DNA from: Deltaproteobacteria bacterium
GTDB taxonomy: Bacteria; CG2-30-53-67
NCBI GenBank assembly: GCA_013151235.1
Contig: JAADIO010000022.1
Coordinates: forward strand, 4,256 to 68,255
Reading direction: 5' to 3'
DNA: 64,000 nucleotides
Positions 1-9,763 of this stretch are shown here, piece by piece. The position numbers and the translations under genes were made by a program. The notes below the pieces were generated by a model. The model saw only the letters and a list, made by a program, of their open reading frames with translations, was not told the DNA's origin and made no database searches. The first letter of the stretch is position 1. Each line of letters opens with the position of its first letter.

Positions 1-103
1 CATCTACCAGATCGTTGAAAAAGGTCTCGTCGAAATCAGCGACACGGAAGTAATCAAGTGCTGCAAAAACGCCCAGGAAAGCAACGAGGAGGTAAAAAAA
101 CGA

Positions 104-457
104 ATGAAACTTCAAGGCAAGGCGAAGATGCTTCGTGTCATCATCCGGGAGGACCATAAATGGGAGGGGGAACCCCTCTACGAAGCGATCGTGAAACGGT
201 TCATCATGATGGACATCGCCGGCGCCACCGTCTACAAGGCATTCGCAGGCTACGGCCCGCACAAACGCTACCACAAGATCCGGTTTCTCTCCCGCGGGAA
301 GGAGATGCCTGTTCTGATCACCATCATCGATACCGAGGAAACCATCCGGAAGGTCCTTCCCGTCCTGGATGACATGGTCTCCGAAGGAATTGTCGTCCTA
401 TCCGACGTGGACGTCATTAAATACACCCACGGTGCGGGCGATCCCGAAATGATTTGA
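104..457 (+). CDS. DUF190 / PII-like family small protein; reading frame stays open upstream to window edge
   Basis: 117-aa ORF with the EPLYEAIV...GATVY core typical of DUF190 (nitrogen-regulatory-PII-like fold). No in-frame stop between nt 2 and 104, so the gene may be 5'-partial or start at 104/128. Confidence 0.55.
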   Translation: MKLQGKAKMLRVIIREDHKWEGEPLYEAIVKRFIMMDIAGATVYKAFAGYGPHKRYHKIRFLSRGKEMPVLITIIDTEETIRKVLPVLDDMVSEGIVVLSDVDVIKYTHGAGDPEMI

Positions 458-494
458 AGACCGTCATCAACAAAGAAACTCCGGGGTAAAACTC

Positions 495-1646
495 ATGCAC
501 TCCTACCGGAAAGAACGGCCTGATCTCGCTCCCTATGCGGCAAGAAGTGAGCGGTCCCGGGGACGACGTTATCAGGAATCGTTCAAGGACAACCGGACCG
601 CCTTTCAGCGCGACCGGGACCGGATCATCCACTGCGCTGCCTTCCGTCGTCTTGAATACAAAACGCAGGTATTCGTCAACCATGAAGGGGACTACTACCG
701 AACCCGGCTGACCCATTCCCTTGAGGTGGCCCAGATCGCACGGGGCACGGCCCGCGCCCTCGGGCTGAATGAAGAACTGGCCGAGGCAATTGCCCTCTCG
801 CACGACCTTGGGCACACCCCCTTCGGCCATTCGGGCGAGCATGTCCTGAACGACTTGATGAAAGAGCACGGCGGGTTCGAACACAACCGGCAGAGCCTCC
901 GGATTGTGGAAGAGCTGGAGGAGCGATACCCGGACTTTTCCGGTCTGAACCTTACCTACGAGACGCGGGAAGGAATCATCAAGCACTCCACCTATCACGA
1001 CAACCCCTCCATTACGGAGATGCAGGATTATCATCCCGGCGTGGTCCCGACGCTTGAAGCCCAGATCATCAACCTCGCGGACGAGATCGCCTACAACAAT
1101 CACGATATCGATGACGGACTGACCTCGGGTATGCTGGACCGGAAGGAACTCCGGGACGCCGTCCCCCTCGTCGAACGTGTTTTCACAAAGATCGAGAGGC
1201 AATGGCCGCAAATCGACGAAACCCGAAAAAAATATCAGGCCATCAGCCATCTCATCGGATTTCTCATCAATGATCTGGTGGAGCATTCAACGGCCCTTCT
1301 GAAGGAACACGACATCCGCTCCCTGGAAGATATGCGGGAGAAGAACGTGATGATTATCTCCTTCAGCCCGGAAACCCACAGAGAGAACACGGAATTGAAA
1401 CGGTTCCTCTATCACAACCTCTATACGCACTATCGTGTCGAGCGGATGCGAATCAAAGGAAAAATGGTCCTCACCTCCCTGTTTGAGACTTACATGGAGA
1501 ATCCCACCCTTCTGCCGAAAAAATACTACCGCATGATGGAGAAGGCGGGAAAACAACGGATCATCGCCGATTACATCGCAGGAATGACCGACCGCTACGC
1601 CCTGGACGAATACAAGAAGCTCTTTGAACCTTTTGAACGGACGTAA
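495..1646 (+). CDS. dgt: dGTP triphosphohydrolase-like HD-domain phosphohydrolase
   Basis: 383 aa; HD motif region HSLEVAQIARG...LSHDLGHTPFGHSGE characteristic of Dgt-like dNTPases. Confidence 0.85.
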   Translation: MHSYRKERPDLAPYAARSERSRGRRYQESFKDNRTAFQRDRDRIIHCAAFRRLEYKTQVFVNHEGDYYRTRLTHSLEVAQIARGTARALGLNEELAEAIALSHDLGHTPFGHSGEHVLNDLMKEHGGFEHNRQSLRIVEELEERYPDFSGLNLTYETREGIIKHSTYHDNPSITEMQDYHPGVVPTLEAQIINLADEIAYNNHDIDDGLTSGMLDRKELRDAVPLVERVFTKIERQWPQIDETRKKYQAISHLIGFLINDLVEHSTALLKEHDIRSLEDMREKNVMIISFSPETHRENTELKRFLYHNLYTHYRVERMRIKGKMVLTSLFETYMENPTLLPKKYYRMMEKAGKQRIIADYIAGMTDRYALDEYKKLFEPFERT

Positions 1647-1750
1647 GTCCAGGGCTCGGGAATCAGGAATCGGGGAACCGTTATTCTTTCATCACCACGG
1701 TTTAGACAATCGCGATCATCTGCCGCGGATACACTTCAAAGAATCATGCC

Positions 1751-4700
1751 ATGTCAGTCGTAAAGATCATCACCGAATCTTCCCGGCCCGGAAAACGCCG
1801 GAGAATCCTCAATGGCATCCTGCCCTATGTACGGTCGAACCGATGTTCCGAACTCCTGATTCTCGTCCCGTCAAACCGGATGGTTGAAGAAATCCGGGAG
1901 GCCCTGCTGCAACAGGAATCGGTACCGGGGTTTCTCGGGCTCCGGCTCATGACCTTTCTGGACCTTGCCCGGGACATATTTCAAAACGGTTCTTTTCCCG
2001 GTCGGATCGGCAGTACTCCGGCCCGGCAGTGGCGGCTTCATTCCATCCTCTCCACCCTGCCCCCCCTGAAACCGTTCGGGGAGATCCGGGAAACACGGGG
2101 AATGCTTTCTCTGACCACGGATTTTATCCGTACGCTCAAGGAAGCGGGAATCCCCCCGGAAGAATTTGAAGCATCTCCGCCCGTCCGGGACAATCCGCAT
2201 CTACGGGCCTTGGGGGAAATCTACCGGAAATACGAAAAATACCGGACGGCACAAGGAATCCTGGACCGGGAGGACCTCCTCCGCCTGGCGGCGGAGGGGA
2301 TCCGGAAAGCGCCCTCCCGATCTTTCACATCTCTCCGTGAGATCATCGTAACCGGGTTTTATGACTTTACACCTCTTCAAGCAGGGTTTCTCTCCGCCCT
2401 CTCCACCCTTTCGGATTTGAAAGAACTTTCCATTTTTCTGGACGCCCCGCTCTCCTCCCCGGTCACCGTGAGGAGCCTGAAGCGGTTGCAACATTTTCTT
2501 CCCGGAGCGGAGATCCGTTCTTCCCAGAGAAAAGAGGAAACCCCGGCGAAGGCCCTGCACCACTTGCAGCAATGCCTTTCGACCCCGGCGGTAAAACCCG
2601 AACCGGTCCCCGGTGATGAGAGCATCGAGCTCCTGGAGGTACCCGGAAGGTATCGCGAAGTGGAGGAGATGGCCCGAAGGATCCGGGAACTTCACAAAAA
2701 ACATGGACTTTCCTTCCATGATATGGCGGTCGTCTTCCGGAACCTCAGCGACTACCGGGAAAAGGTCCGGGAGATCTTCCGCTCTTTCGGAATTCCCCAT
2801 CAACTGACTTCGGGCCTGCCCCTCAGGAACAATCCTCTGATCAGGACCGTAACGGCACTGCTGGAATGTCCCCGTTCCGGATACCGTCGCGACGCAGTCT
2901 TTCGTCTATTGGCTTCTTCCTATCTCCGTTTCGAACCTCTTGAACGGAGCACGATCACACCGGAACGGATCGACACCCTTGCGCGGGAGGCCATGATTCA
3001 GGGGGGGCGCGATGAATGGAAGATGCGCCTCAAGTCACGGCTGGATCTACTCACGACCCGAGAACAGTACCTGCAGGAAAGCTACGGAACCGACCGGGAC
3101 GAAAAAGGACACAAGGAGAGGATCGACCGGTGCCGTTCGAAAATCAAGGATTACAGGAAATGCATGGATGTGCTGGAGAGCTTCTTTGACCTCTTTGCCG
3201 ATCTTCCGTCGGAAGCCACGATCCCGGAATTCATCGAACAGCTGGAGCATCTCCGGAACACCTTTCACCTGAAAGAACAGATCTACGAAAGAGACGATCT
3301 CGATCTGGTTCACCGGGACCAGACCGCCTTCCGAGAGTGGCAGGAACTTCTCGAACAGCTCTCCCGGGAACAGATGGGGTTACAGAGGGTCTCTCTTGCC
3401 GACTTCGTCCGGCTCCTCTCTCTCACGCTGGCGGAAAAGAACTACTCCCCCGACCCTCCGCAAGAAGATGCCGTCCTGGTGACGGACGCACTCGGCATCC
3501 GGGGGCTTTCCAGACCGGCGGTTCTGATCGGAGGATTGGTGGAAGGAATCTTTCCGCGGAACCATTCCCCAAGTCCCCTTTTCAGCGAATCCGACCGGCA
3601 ACGGCTCAACAAGCATTTCGGCCCCAACCGATGGATCCCCCTGCGCTCCCAGCAGCGGGAGGAAGAGGACCTCTTTTTCCGTTTTGCCGTCGGCGCCGCC
3701 GAACATTTCCTGATCCTCTCCCGTCCGAGGACCGACGGGGAAGGACACCCCCTCCTCCCCTCCAGCTACCTCGACATCCTCGGTGCCCTTTTCTCCCAAA
3801 GGATCAAGGTCACTTGCCGCTACTTGAACGATCCTTTACCCTCGGAAGACCCTCTCACGAACGAAAAGCCGCTATACCGTCCCGGCGAACTGCTCGAGTA
3901 TACCTTCCGGGCCCTCTCCCGTCCCGTCACGGAGGAACCGGATTTTCCCTCCCTCCTGAAGCTCCTTCTCCGGGAGCGGTGGGAGACCTGTCGTTCCCTC
4001 TGCCACGGCCTTACAGTGCAACAGGCTCGCAAAGAAGTAAACGGAAGCTATCTGGGACATCTCGGCCCCGACGCAGCCCGCGGAATCCGGCAGGGAGAAG
4101 GAAATTACTCCGTCACGGCCCTGGAACGATACGCCGCCTGTCCCTTTCAATACTTCTGTGAACGGGAACTCAAACTTCGCCCCGTGGAGGAAGTGGAGGA
4201 AGAGGTGGGAGCCCTTGATCTGGGAAGTCTCTATCACCGGATCCTGGAACGTTTTTTCCGTGAGATGGAGGGGCCGGTCACGAAATCCGCCCTTGCCGCC
4301 GCCCGAAAGAGGCTGGACCGGATCGAGAAAGAAGAACTGGCCCGGGTGGAAAAAGGGGGAATCCCCGGCCACCGGAAAATCTGGGAGATTCGGCAGACAG
4401 AGATCCGGGATGTCCTGGACCGTTTTCTTCTGGATGAAATAGAGGCCTTTGAATCAACGGGAGAAATCCCCTCCCATTTCGAAGTAACTTTCGGGATGAA
4501 GGATGTCTCCCGGAGAGATCCCCTCTCCTCGCCGGATCCGCTGATCCTTCCTTCGGAATCGGGCGAAATCCGGATGGAGGGAAAGATCGACCGGATTGAT
4601 CTGAAGGACGGGGAACCGCCGCACTTTTCCATCCTCGACTACAAGACGGGCGGCAGTAAACCGCCGGGGCCATCGGGAATCGAAAAGGGGGAAACCCTCC

Positions 4701-4975
4701 AACTCCCGGTCTATGCCGCGTGGGCGCTGGGGGCCTTCGCCGACGGCCGGGAACTCGGTCATGCCTCCTTTGTCCTGCTCCGCAAAGGGAGCAGGAAATG
4801 CCTGATCAATCCGGCCGGGCAAGGCCGGCAGGAGTGGAAAGAAATCTCCGAACGGTATGTCCGAAACTATGTCGAAGAGATCCGGCATGGACGCTTCCCC
4901 CCGGGAGAGAAAAACTGTCCCCCTTACTGTCGATACGGAGAGATCTGCCGGAAAGGTGAAAAGGGTCGGCCATGA
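1751..4975 (+). CDS. AddB/RexB-like PD-(D/E)XK nuclease with helicase-like N-terminal region and C-terminal Fe-S cysteine cluster
   Basis: 1074 aa; C-terminal ILDYKTG nuclease motif and four Cys (CPFQYFC ... CPPYCRYGEIC) as in AddB iron-staple nucleases; degenerate Walker-A-like N-terminus. No AddA partner adjacent. Confidence 0.7.
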   Translation: MSVVKIITESSRPGKRRRILNGILPYVRSNRCSELLILVPSNRMVEEIREALLQQESVPGFLGLRLMTFLDLARDIFQNGSFPGRIGSTPARQWRLHSILSTLPPLKPFGEIRETRGMLSLTTDFIRTLKEAGIPPEEFEASPPVRDNPHLRALGEIYRKYEKYRTAQGILDREDLLRLAAEGIRKAPSRSFTSLREIIVTGFYDFTPLQAGFLSALSTLSDLKELSIFLDAPLSSPVTVRSLKRLQHFLPGAEIRSSQRKEETPAKALHHLQQCLSTPAVKPEPVPGDESIELLEVPGRYREVEEMARRIRELHKKHGLSFHDMAVVFRNLSDYREKVREIFRSFGIPHQLTSGLPLRNNPLIRTVTALLECPRSGYRRDAVFRLLASSYLRFEPLERSTITPERIDTLAREAMIQGGRDEWKMRLKSRLDLLTTREQYLQESYGTDRDEKGHKERIDRCRSKIKDYRKCMDVLESFFDLFADLPSEATIPEFIEQLEHLRNTFHLKEQIYERDDLDLVHRDQTAFREWQELLEQLSREQMGLQRVSLADFVRLLSLTLAEKNYSPDPPQEDAVLVTDALGIRGLSRPAVLIGGLVEGIFPRNHSPSPLFSESDRQRLNKHFGPNRWIPLRSQQREEEDLFFRFAVGAAEHFLILSRPRTDGEGHPLLPSSYLDILGALFSQRIKVTCRYLNDPLPSEDPLTNEKPLYRPGELLEYTFRALSRPVTEEPDFPSLLKLLLRERWETCRSLCHGLTVQQARKEVNGSYLGHLGPDAARGIRQGEGNYSVTALERYAACPFQYFCERELKLRPVEEVEEEVGALDLGSLYHRILERFFREMEGPVTKSALAAARKRLDRIEKEELARVEKGGIPGHRKIWEIRQTEIRDVLDRFLLDEIEAFESTGEIPSHFEVTFGMKDVSRRDPLSSPDPLILPSESGEIRMEGKIDRIDLKDGEPPHFSILDYKTGGSKPPGPSGIEKGETLQLPVYAAWALGAFADGRELGHASFVLLRKGSRKCLINPAGQGRQEWKEISERYVRNYVEEIRHGRFPPGEKNCPPYCRYGEICRKGEKGRP

Positions 4976-5397
4976 TCCAGTGGATGAAATTACACGAAGT
5001 CGTCCTGCTTTGGATGGGCTTTGTGTCGATCCTCACCTTCGCGGGAACCCTCTTTACGATCCCGCTGCTGCTTGTCCGGATTCCGGAAGACTATTTTACC
5101 CGCACCGCCGGACCGCACAACCGTCGGCAATATCGTCATCCGGCAATCAGGATCTTCGTACTCGTGATCAAGAATCTCCTGGGAATTCTCTTCATTGCGG
5201 GGGGAATCGCCATGCTCTTTCTCCCGGGCCAGGGGATCCTGACGATCCTCATCGGAATCATTCTGACGAATTTCCCTGGAAAACCGGCCCTGGAACGGTG
5301 GCTGATCCGTCACAGCGCCGTCTATCATCCCGTGAACCGGCTTCGTAGATGGGCACATCACCCACCCCTGCAGATCCCCCATCGGGATAAAAAATAG
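4972..5397 (+). CDS. small integral membrane protein (PGPGW-like)
   Basis: 141 aa, two hydrophobic helices, LPGQG motif; ATGA overlap with upstream gene stop. Confidence 0.45.
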   Translation: MIQWMKLHEVVLLWMGFVSILTFAGTLFTIPLLLVRIPEDYFTRTAGPHNRRQYRHPAIRIFVLVIKNLLGILFIAGGIAMLFLPGQGILTILIGIILTNFPGKPALERWLIRHSAVYHPVNRLRRWAHHPPLQIPHRDKK

Positions 5398-5550
5398 CCT
5401 CCCGCCGGAATGTTACGGCGAGATCAATCCTCTCTTTCTCCCTCCTTTCATGAATTCTTCTAAACTTCCTCCCTCTTTCTGCCGATATGAGAGATAACGA
5501 TCTTCACATTTTCAGCACATCACGGATCATCATTTCAGGAAGGTAAGACA

Positions 5551-6024
5551 ATGCCAATGGTTGCCGCGGGAAACGACCTGTGTAAAAGATTGCAGAAAAA
5601 CTTCAGGTTTTTCAGTACTCTCCGGGAGGAAGAGGTGGAAGATTTTATGGAGTTTTGTGATTACCGGAAAAAACCTGCGGGAACAATGATCTGGCGGGAG
5701 GGAGATGAAGACAACTCGGCGGCATTCATCGTATCCGGACGGTTGGGAATCAAGAAGAAGACCGAATTCGAGGGAAAGCACGTCATCGTCGGGACCTATG
5801 GACAGGGTTCCGTCGTGGGGGAACTCTGTCTGTTAACCGATAACGCCCGATCCGTCAGTGCGGAAATTATCGAACCGGCGGAGATCGTGATTCTCTCCAA
5901 CCGGAATTTTGAGAAACTCCTTTCCAAACACCCCATGCTGGGACTGAAGCTTCTCAAACACATTTTTCTCACCACCAGCGCCAGACTTCGGCGAACCTAC
6001 GATCGGATCGCTTCAATCTTCTGA
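5551..6024 (+). CDS. stand-alone cyclic-nucleotide-binding (cNMP) domain protein
   Basis: 157 aa; GSVVGELCLL...ARSVSAEIIEPAEIVIL matches the CAP-family cNMP-binding beta-roll; no DNA-binding HTH. Confidence 0.8.
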   Translation: MPMVAAGNDLCKRLQKNFRFFSTLREEEVEDFMEFCDYRKKPAGTMIWREGDEDNSAAFIVSGRLGIKKKTEFEGKHVIVGTYGQGSVVGELCLLTDNARSVSAEIIEPAEIVILSNRNFEKLLSKHPMLGLKLLKHIFLTTSARLRRTYDRIASIF

Positions 6025-6219
6025 AAGCCTTCCCTGACTCGGGCCGACTCGAGAACCGTCCGGTCATGCTCTGCGATCAGGACGGCACCGGCCGACTGAA
6101 CCCACAATAGAACCGACAAGAAAAACAGTAATCGGTGAGTGCAAGATCTATCTTCTTCCGCACCTGATAGATAAAACCGCGCCGGAAATAACCGTCGGGG
6201 GCGTCCGGTCTCAGCTTGA

Positions 6220-6882
6220 TCATCTTCTCTGCGCTGATATGGCCCCCGCTGTATCACCGGTCATCCGGGCGGTCTCTTCCTGCACGAGATAGGCCGCGAA
6301 AAAATCCGGATGTTTCTTGATCAACTTATTCACCAGTTCCCGGGCATTAGCATACTTCTTTGCCTTGAGGTAATAACCGGCAAGGGCCATCCTCGTCTTG
6401 ACAATCTCCGGCTTGAGCTGCAAGGCCTTTTTTAATGACTCCTCTCCCAAGAGCGGCTCGTTGTTGAACAGGTGCGCTAGGCCCACCCGCAGGTAGAGAT
6501 CAGGATCGTCAGACCGGTCCTTCAGTACGACACAATACTCGTCGATCGCCGCACCGGGGCCCTTCCGCTTCATATCAAGGTGCGCCTTCTTCAGCGAGGC
6601 ATCAATCCGGTGGGCAATGAGCAGAATCTCGCCGATCGCAATCTGGGCGTCAAGGCGGTCGGGATCGAGTTCCACCGTCTTCAGCAGGCTTCCGTAGGCC
6701 TGCCAGGGTTGCTGCAGTTTGAGATATGTCAGGGCCATCTGATAATAGCCCTCCGCGTATTTCGGGTCAATCTGGAGGACATTCTTGAACTCAATCAGGA
6801 CCTCCTTGTATTTCTCTTCGCTATAGTATTTTTTACTCCGATTGAGATAGTTCGTTTTTTTCTTTGATGGTTCCGCAGGCAA
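6220..6882 (-). CDS. TPR-repeat protein
   Basis: 220 aa with repeated A..Y..G/L tetratricopeptide-like 34-aa units (AEGYYQMALTYLKLQQ, LYLRVGLAHL, RMALAGYYLKAKKY). Confidence 0.7.
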   Translation of the reverse strand: MPAEPSKKKTNYLNRSKKYYSEEKYKEVLIEFKNVLQIDPKYAEGYYQMALTYLKLQQPWQAYGSLLKTVELDPDRLDAQIAIGEILLIAHRIDASLKKAHLDMKRKGPGAAIDEYCVVLKDRSDDPDLYLRVGLAHLFNNEPLLGEESLKKALQLKPEIVKTRMALAGYYLKAKKYANARELVNKLIKKHPDFFAAYLVQEETARMTGDTAGAISAQRR

Positions 6883-7051
6883 CGGACAGGATCAGTCAAA
6901 CGAAAATCAGGAGGAGGAACGGAGAAAAGGGCATCCTTCGACGTGACATGAGCACCTCTCTCTTACGGGATTGATGTTCTTCCGTCCCCCCTCTGGACGA
7001 ACCGGGAGCCGGAGAAGATAGATGAGAGGCAAACTCCATCCGAAGCAACAA

Positions 7052-7645
7052 CTAAGAGGACTTCCGTTCCAGCCGATTCATGGCCGCCATGAGGAAACCG
7101 AGCATGAAAAAAGCACCGGGGGGGAGGATCATCAAAAGCATCGGGAGATATCCCTTCCCGAAGAGGGCAACCCCTAAGAGCGATCCGTTCCCCAAAACTT
7201 CCCGGATACTTCCAAGCAGTGTAAGGGAGAGAGTAAAACCGGCCCCCATCCCGAGACCATCCAGGATGGAATAGAAAACACCATATTGAGAAGCGAAGGC
7301 CTCCGCCCGCCCCAGGATGATACAGTTCACAACAATCAGGGGAATAAAGAGCCCCAAAGATTTATGAAGATCGTGGGCAAAGGCATTCATCATGAGATCT
7401 ACAACCGTCACGAAGGAGGCAATCAGGATGATGAATGCAGGAATCCGGACGCCCCGCGGGATGACCTTCCTCAGAAGGGAGACGGCCGCGTTGGAACAGA
7501 CCAGGACCGCAAGGGTGGCCGCCCCCATACCGAATCCATTGACTGCGCTCGTCGTCACCGCCAACGTCGGGCACATCCCGAGGACCAGTCGAAAGGTCGG
7601 ATTCTCTTTCCAGAGACCCTTGGTAAATTCGTGTATCGCTTTCAT
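7052..7645 (-). CDS. rnfE: Rnf electron transport complex subunit E
   Basis: 197 aa; GLWKENPTFRLVLGMCPTLAVT...IVVNCIILGRAEAF aligns with RsxE/RnfE signature. Confidence 0.9.
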   Translation of the reverse strand: MKAIHEFTKGLWKENPTFRLVLGMCPTLAVTTSAVNGFGMGAATLAVLVCSNAAVSLLRKVIPRGVRIPAFIILIASFVTVVDLMMNAFAHDLHKSLGLFIPLIVVNCIILGRAEAFASQYGVFYSILDGLGMGAGFTLSLTLLGSIREVLGNGSLLGVALFGKGYLPMLLMILPPGAFFMLGFLMAAMNRLERKSS

Positions 7646-7649
7646 TAGA

Positions 7650-8249
7650 TCAATTCTCCCGGAATTCCCTCTTATAGAACTCCAGCCCTTTCTTCACGGC
7701 TTTGACCACCGCCCGGGGAGAGATGGTGGCACCGGTAATCTGATCAATCTCTCCGCCGTCCCGTTTGACCTTGAGGTTGTTCTTCAGGGATTTCCCGATC
7801 AGCCCCCCGGGTCCGCTTCCCCGGCCGGGCCAGGTCTTAACACTTGAGATTTTGGCCCCCAATCCGGGCGTCTCGGAAAGACTGATGATCTCGATCCCCG
7901 TGATCACCCCTTTCGGGTTCACCCCCATCATGATCTCGATGGGACCGCCGTAGCCGTCGGGTGCCACAACCAGGAAGGCCCGGCCCACAACGTTGCCGTC
8001 CTTCTTTCCGATATAAACCCTCCGTACAATATCGTTTCCCTTTCCGTCCTTGCCGATGATCTTATCGACAAATTCGGCATCGGCCTTGTTGTTGTACGGA
8101 GGTAAAACAGCCTTGATGGCCCGGCGGACCTCCTCCGCCTTGGCCTCGGCAATCGGTCCCTTCGTCACATCATAGACCTTTGCCAGAATCCCGGCGGACA
8201 GGATACAGAAGAGTCCCAGGACGATCACTAATTTCAGAGTATCACGCAT
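7650..8249 (-). CDS. rnfG: Rnf complex subunit G (FMN-binding)
   Basis: 199 aa, N-terminal TM, ISLSETPGLGAKI and ITGATISPRAV FMN-binding motifs. Confidence 0.85.
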   Translation of the reverse strand: MRDTLKLVIVLGLFCILSAGILAKVYDVTKGPIAEAKAEEVRRAIKAVLPPYNNKADAEFVDKIIGKDGKGNDIVRRVYIGKKDGNVVGRAFLVVAPDGYGGPIEIMMGVNPKGVITGIEIISLSETPGLGAKISSVKTWPGRGSGPGGLIGKSLKNNLKVKRDGGEIDQITGATISPRAVVKAVKKGLEFYKREFREN

Positions 8250-8326
8250 CGCACCATCCGATTCCCGATTTCAATTTCCCAATTCCTGTTTTCCGGTTCC
8301 CGATTTCGAATCGCTATTTACAAATT

Positions 8327-8508
8327 TGATGAAGTCGTAAAAAGTCCGTTCGACCCTTCGACACGCTCAGGGCGAACGGTGTAAGTCATTGATATTCCGT
8401 TCGTGTGGTTCGGCCGGCTTCCGAGCATGGTGAGCTTGCCGAACCACATGCTCGGAAGCCTGTCGAACCATGAACGGAATCCGAAAACGACTTTTTACGA
8501 CACCATCA
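8327..8508. mobile_element. MITE-like element copy A (182 bp, ~20-bp TIRs, 4-bp TSD AATT)
   Basis: TGATGAAGTCGTAAAAAGTC ... GACTTTTTACGACACCATCA; flanked by AATT at 8323-8326 and 8509-8512; internal long palindromes. Paralogous to 35533-35713. Confidence 0.7.
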
Positions 8509-8527
8509 AATTTCTGATTCCTAATTT

Positions 8528-9607
8528 CTAATTCCCGTTCCCCCGCGTTCCGAAGGTCCCCGGTTTCACCCATCGGTCGATCAGCGGGGTTGCGGCATTC
8601 ATCAGGAGAATCGCAAAGGAGACTCCTTCCGGATAGCCGCCCCAGAAACGGATCGTCATCGTGATCAGGCCGCACCCCACGCCGAAGACCAGCATCCCCC
8701 GGTGGGTCACCGGGCTGGTAACCAGGTCGGTGGCCATGAAGAAAGCGCCGAGGATCAGTCCGCCCGTGACCAGATGAAACTGCGGCGGAGCATAACGGTT
8801 CGGATCGATGCCGTGAAAGAGCGCCGCAATCACCAGAACCGTCCCTAAAAAGCTGAAAGGAATATGCCATGTGATCACCCGTTTCGCAATCAGGTAGAGC
8901 CCCCCGATGATCAGGGCCAGGGCCGAGATCTCACCTAAACTCCCGCCGACATGCCCCAGGAAGGGATCGATGAGGGAGAGATGAGCGATTCCGGAAAGGT
9001 CATGATGGAGAAGAATGGACTCCTTCATTCTTCCTAATGGCGTGGCCCCCGTTACGGTGTCGACCCCCCGCTGGAAAAAGGGCTGCGCCTTCGGCCAGGT
9101 CGTCATCTGGACGGGCCAGGAGATCAGGAGGACCACACGGGCGACAAGAGCCGGGTTGAACAGGTTGTACCCCAGCCCCCCGTAGAGCTGTTTTCCGATG
9201 ATAATGGCGACACCGCTTCCGACGACGCAGAGCCACCAGGGGGCGCCGGCCGGCAGATTCATGGCCAGCAAAATTCCCGTCAGGGCGGCACTCAGATCAC
9301 CAACCGTCACGGTACGATGCATGATCCGTTGCAGGAGTACCTCAAACCCGATCGCCGTAACGGTCGTAATCAGGAGGACCCGGAGGGCATCAAAACCGAA
9401 AAAATAGAGCCCGACGAGCAGGCCCGGTACCAGCGCCAGGATCACATTGTGCATCAACAGAGGGATCGACTCCCCGCTTGCAATATGGGGAGAAGAGGAA
9501 AGGACCAGCGGCTCCGCAGCGGCCTCTTCCTTTTTCTTGACCGGCGCCTTATTCCCTTTCTCATTCGGCGCCGGTTTCGACGTTGTCTCTTTTTTTTCTT
9601 CCGCCAT
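8528..9607 (-). CDS. rnfD: Rnf complex subunit D
   Basis: 359 aa polytopic membrane protein; Lys/Glu-rich N-terminal extension then the NqrB/RnfD core; conserved C-terminal TGATPLG motif. Confidence 0.9.
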   Translation of the reverse strand: MAEEKKETTSKPAPNEKGNKAPVKKKEEAAAEPLVLSSSPHIASGESIPLLMHNVILALVPGLLVGLYFFGFDALRVLLITTVTAIGFEVLLQRIMHRTVTVGDLSAALTGILLAMNLPAGAPWWLCVVGSGVAIIIGKQLYGGLGYNLFNPALVARVVLLISWPVQMTTWPKAQPFFQRGVDTVTGATPLGRMKESILLHHDLSGIAHLSLIDPFLGHVGGSLGEISALALIIGGLYLIAKRVITWHIPFSFLGTVLVIAALFHGIDPNRYAPPQFHLVTGGLILGAFFMATDLVTSPVTHRGMLVFGVGCGLITMTIRFWGGYPEGVSFAILLMNAATPLIDRWVKPGTFGTRGNGN

Positions 9608-9763
9608 AATCCCTGTGACCGATCCTTACGTACCCGGTTTGTTGTTGTCAGGCATTCTTACTCGCAATTTTACTCTTAATCCTAACCAGATGATCTTAAA
9701 AATGGATTAAGGTTACGATGAAGATTAAGAGCAATCCCCTGCTCCCCTGTCCCTAAGATTTTC

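Noticed and set aside
417-1286. 289-aa minus-strand ORF antisense to the dgt gene
   Set aside because: Fully overlaps a well-supported HD-hydrolase gene on the opposite strand. Long antisense ORFs are expected at 60% GC, and it has no recognisable motifs.
3337-4161. 274-aa Pro/Arg-rich ORF in an alternative frame inside the AddB-like gene
   Set aside because: Low-complexity composition typical of out-of-frame translation of GC-rich coding DNA. The host frame carries conserved nuclease motifs.
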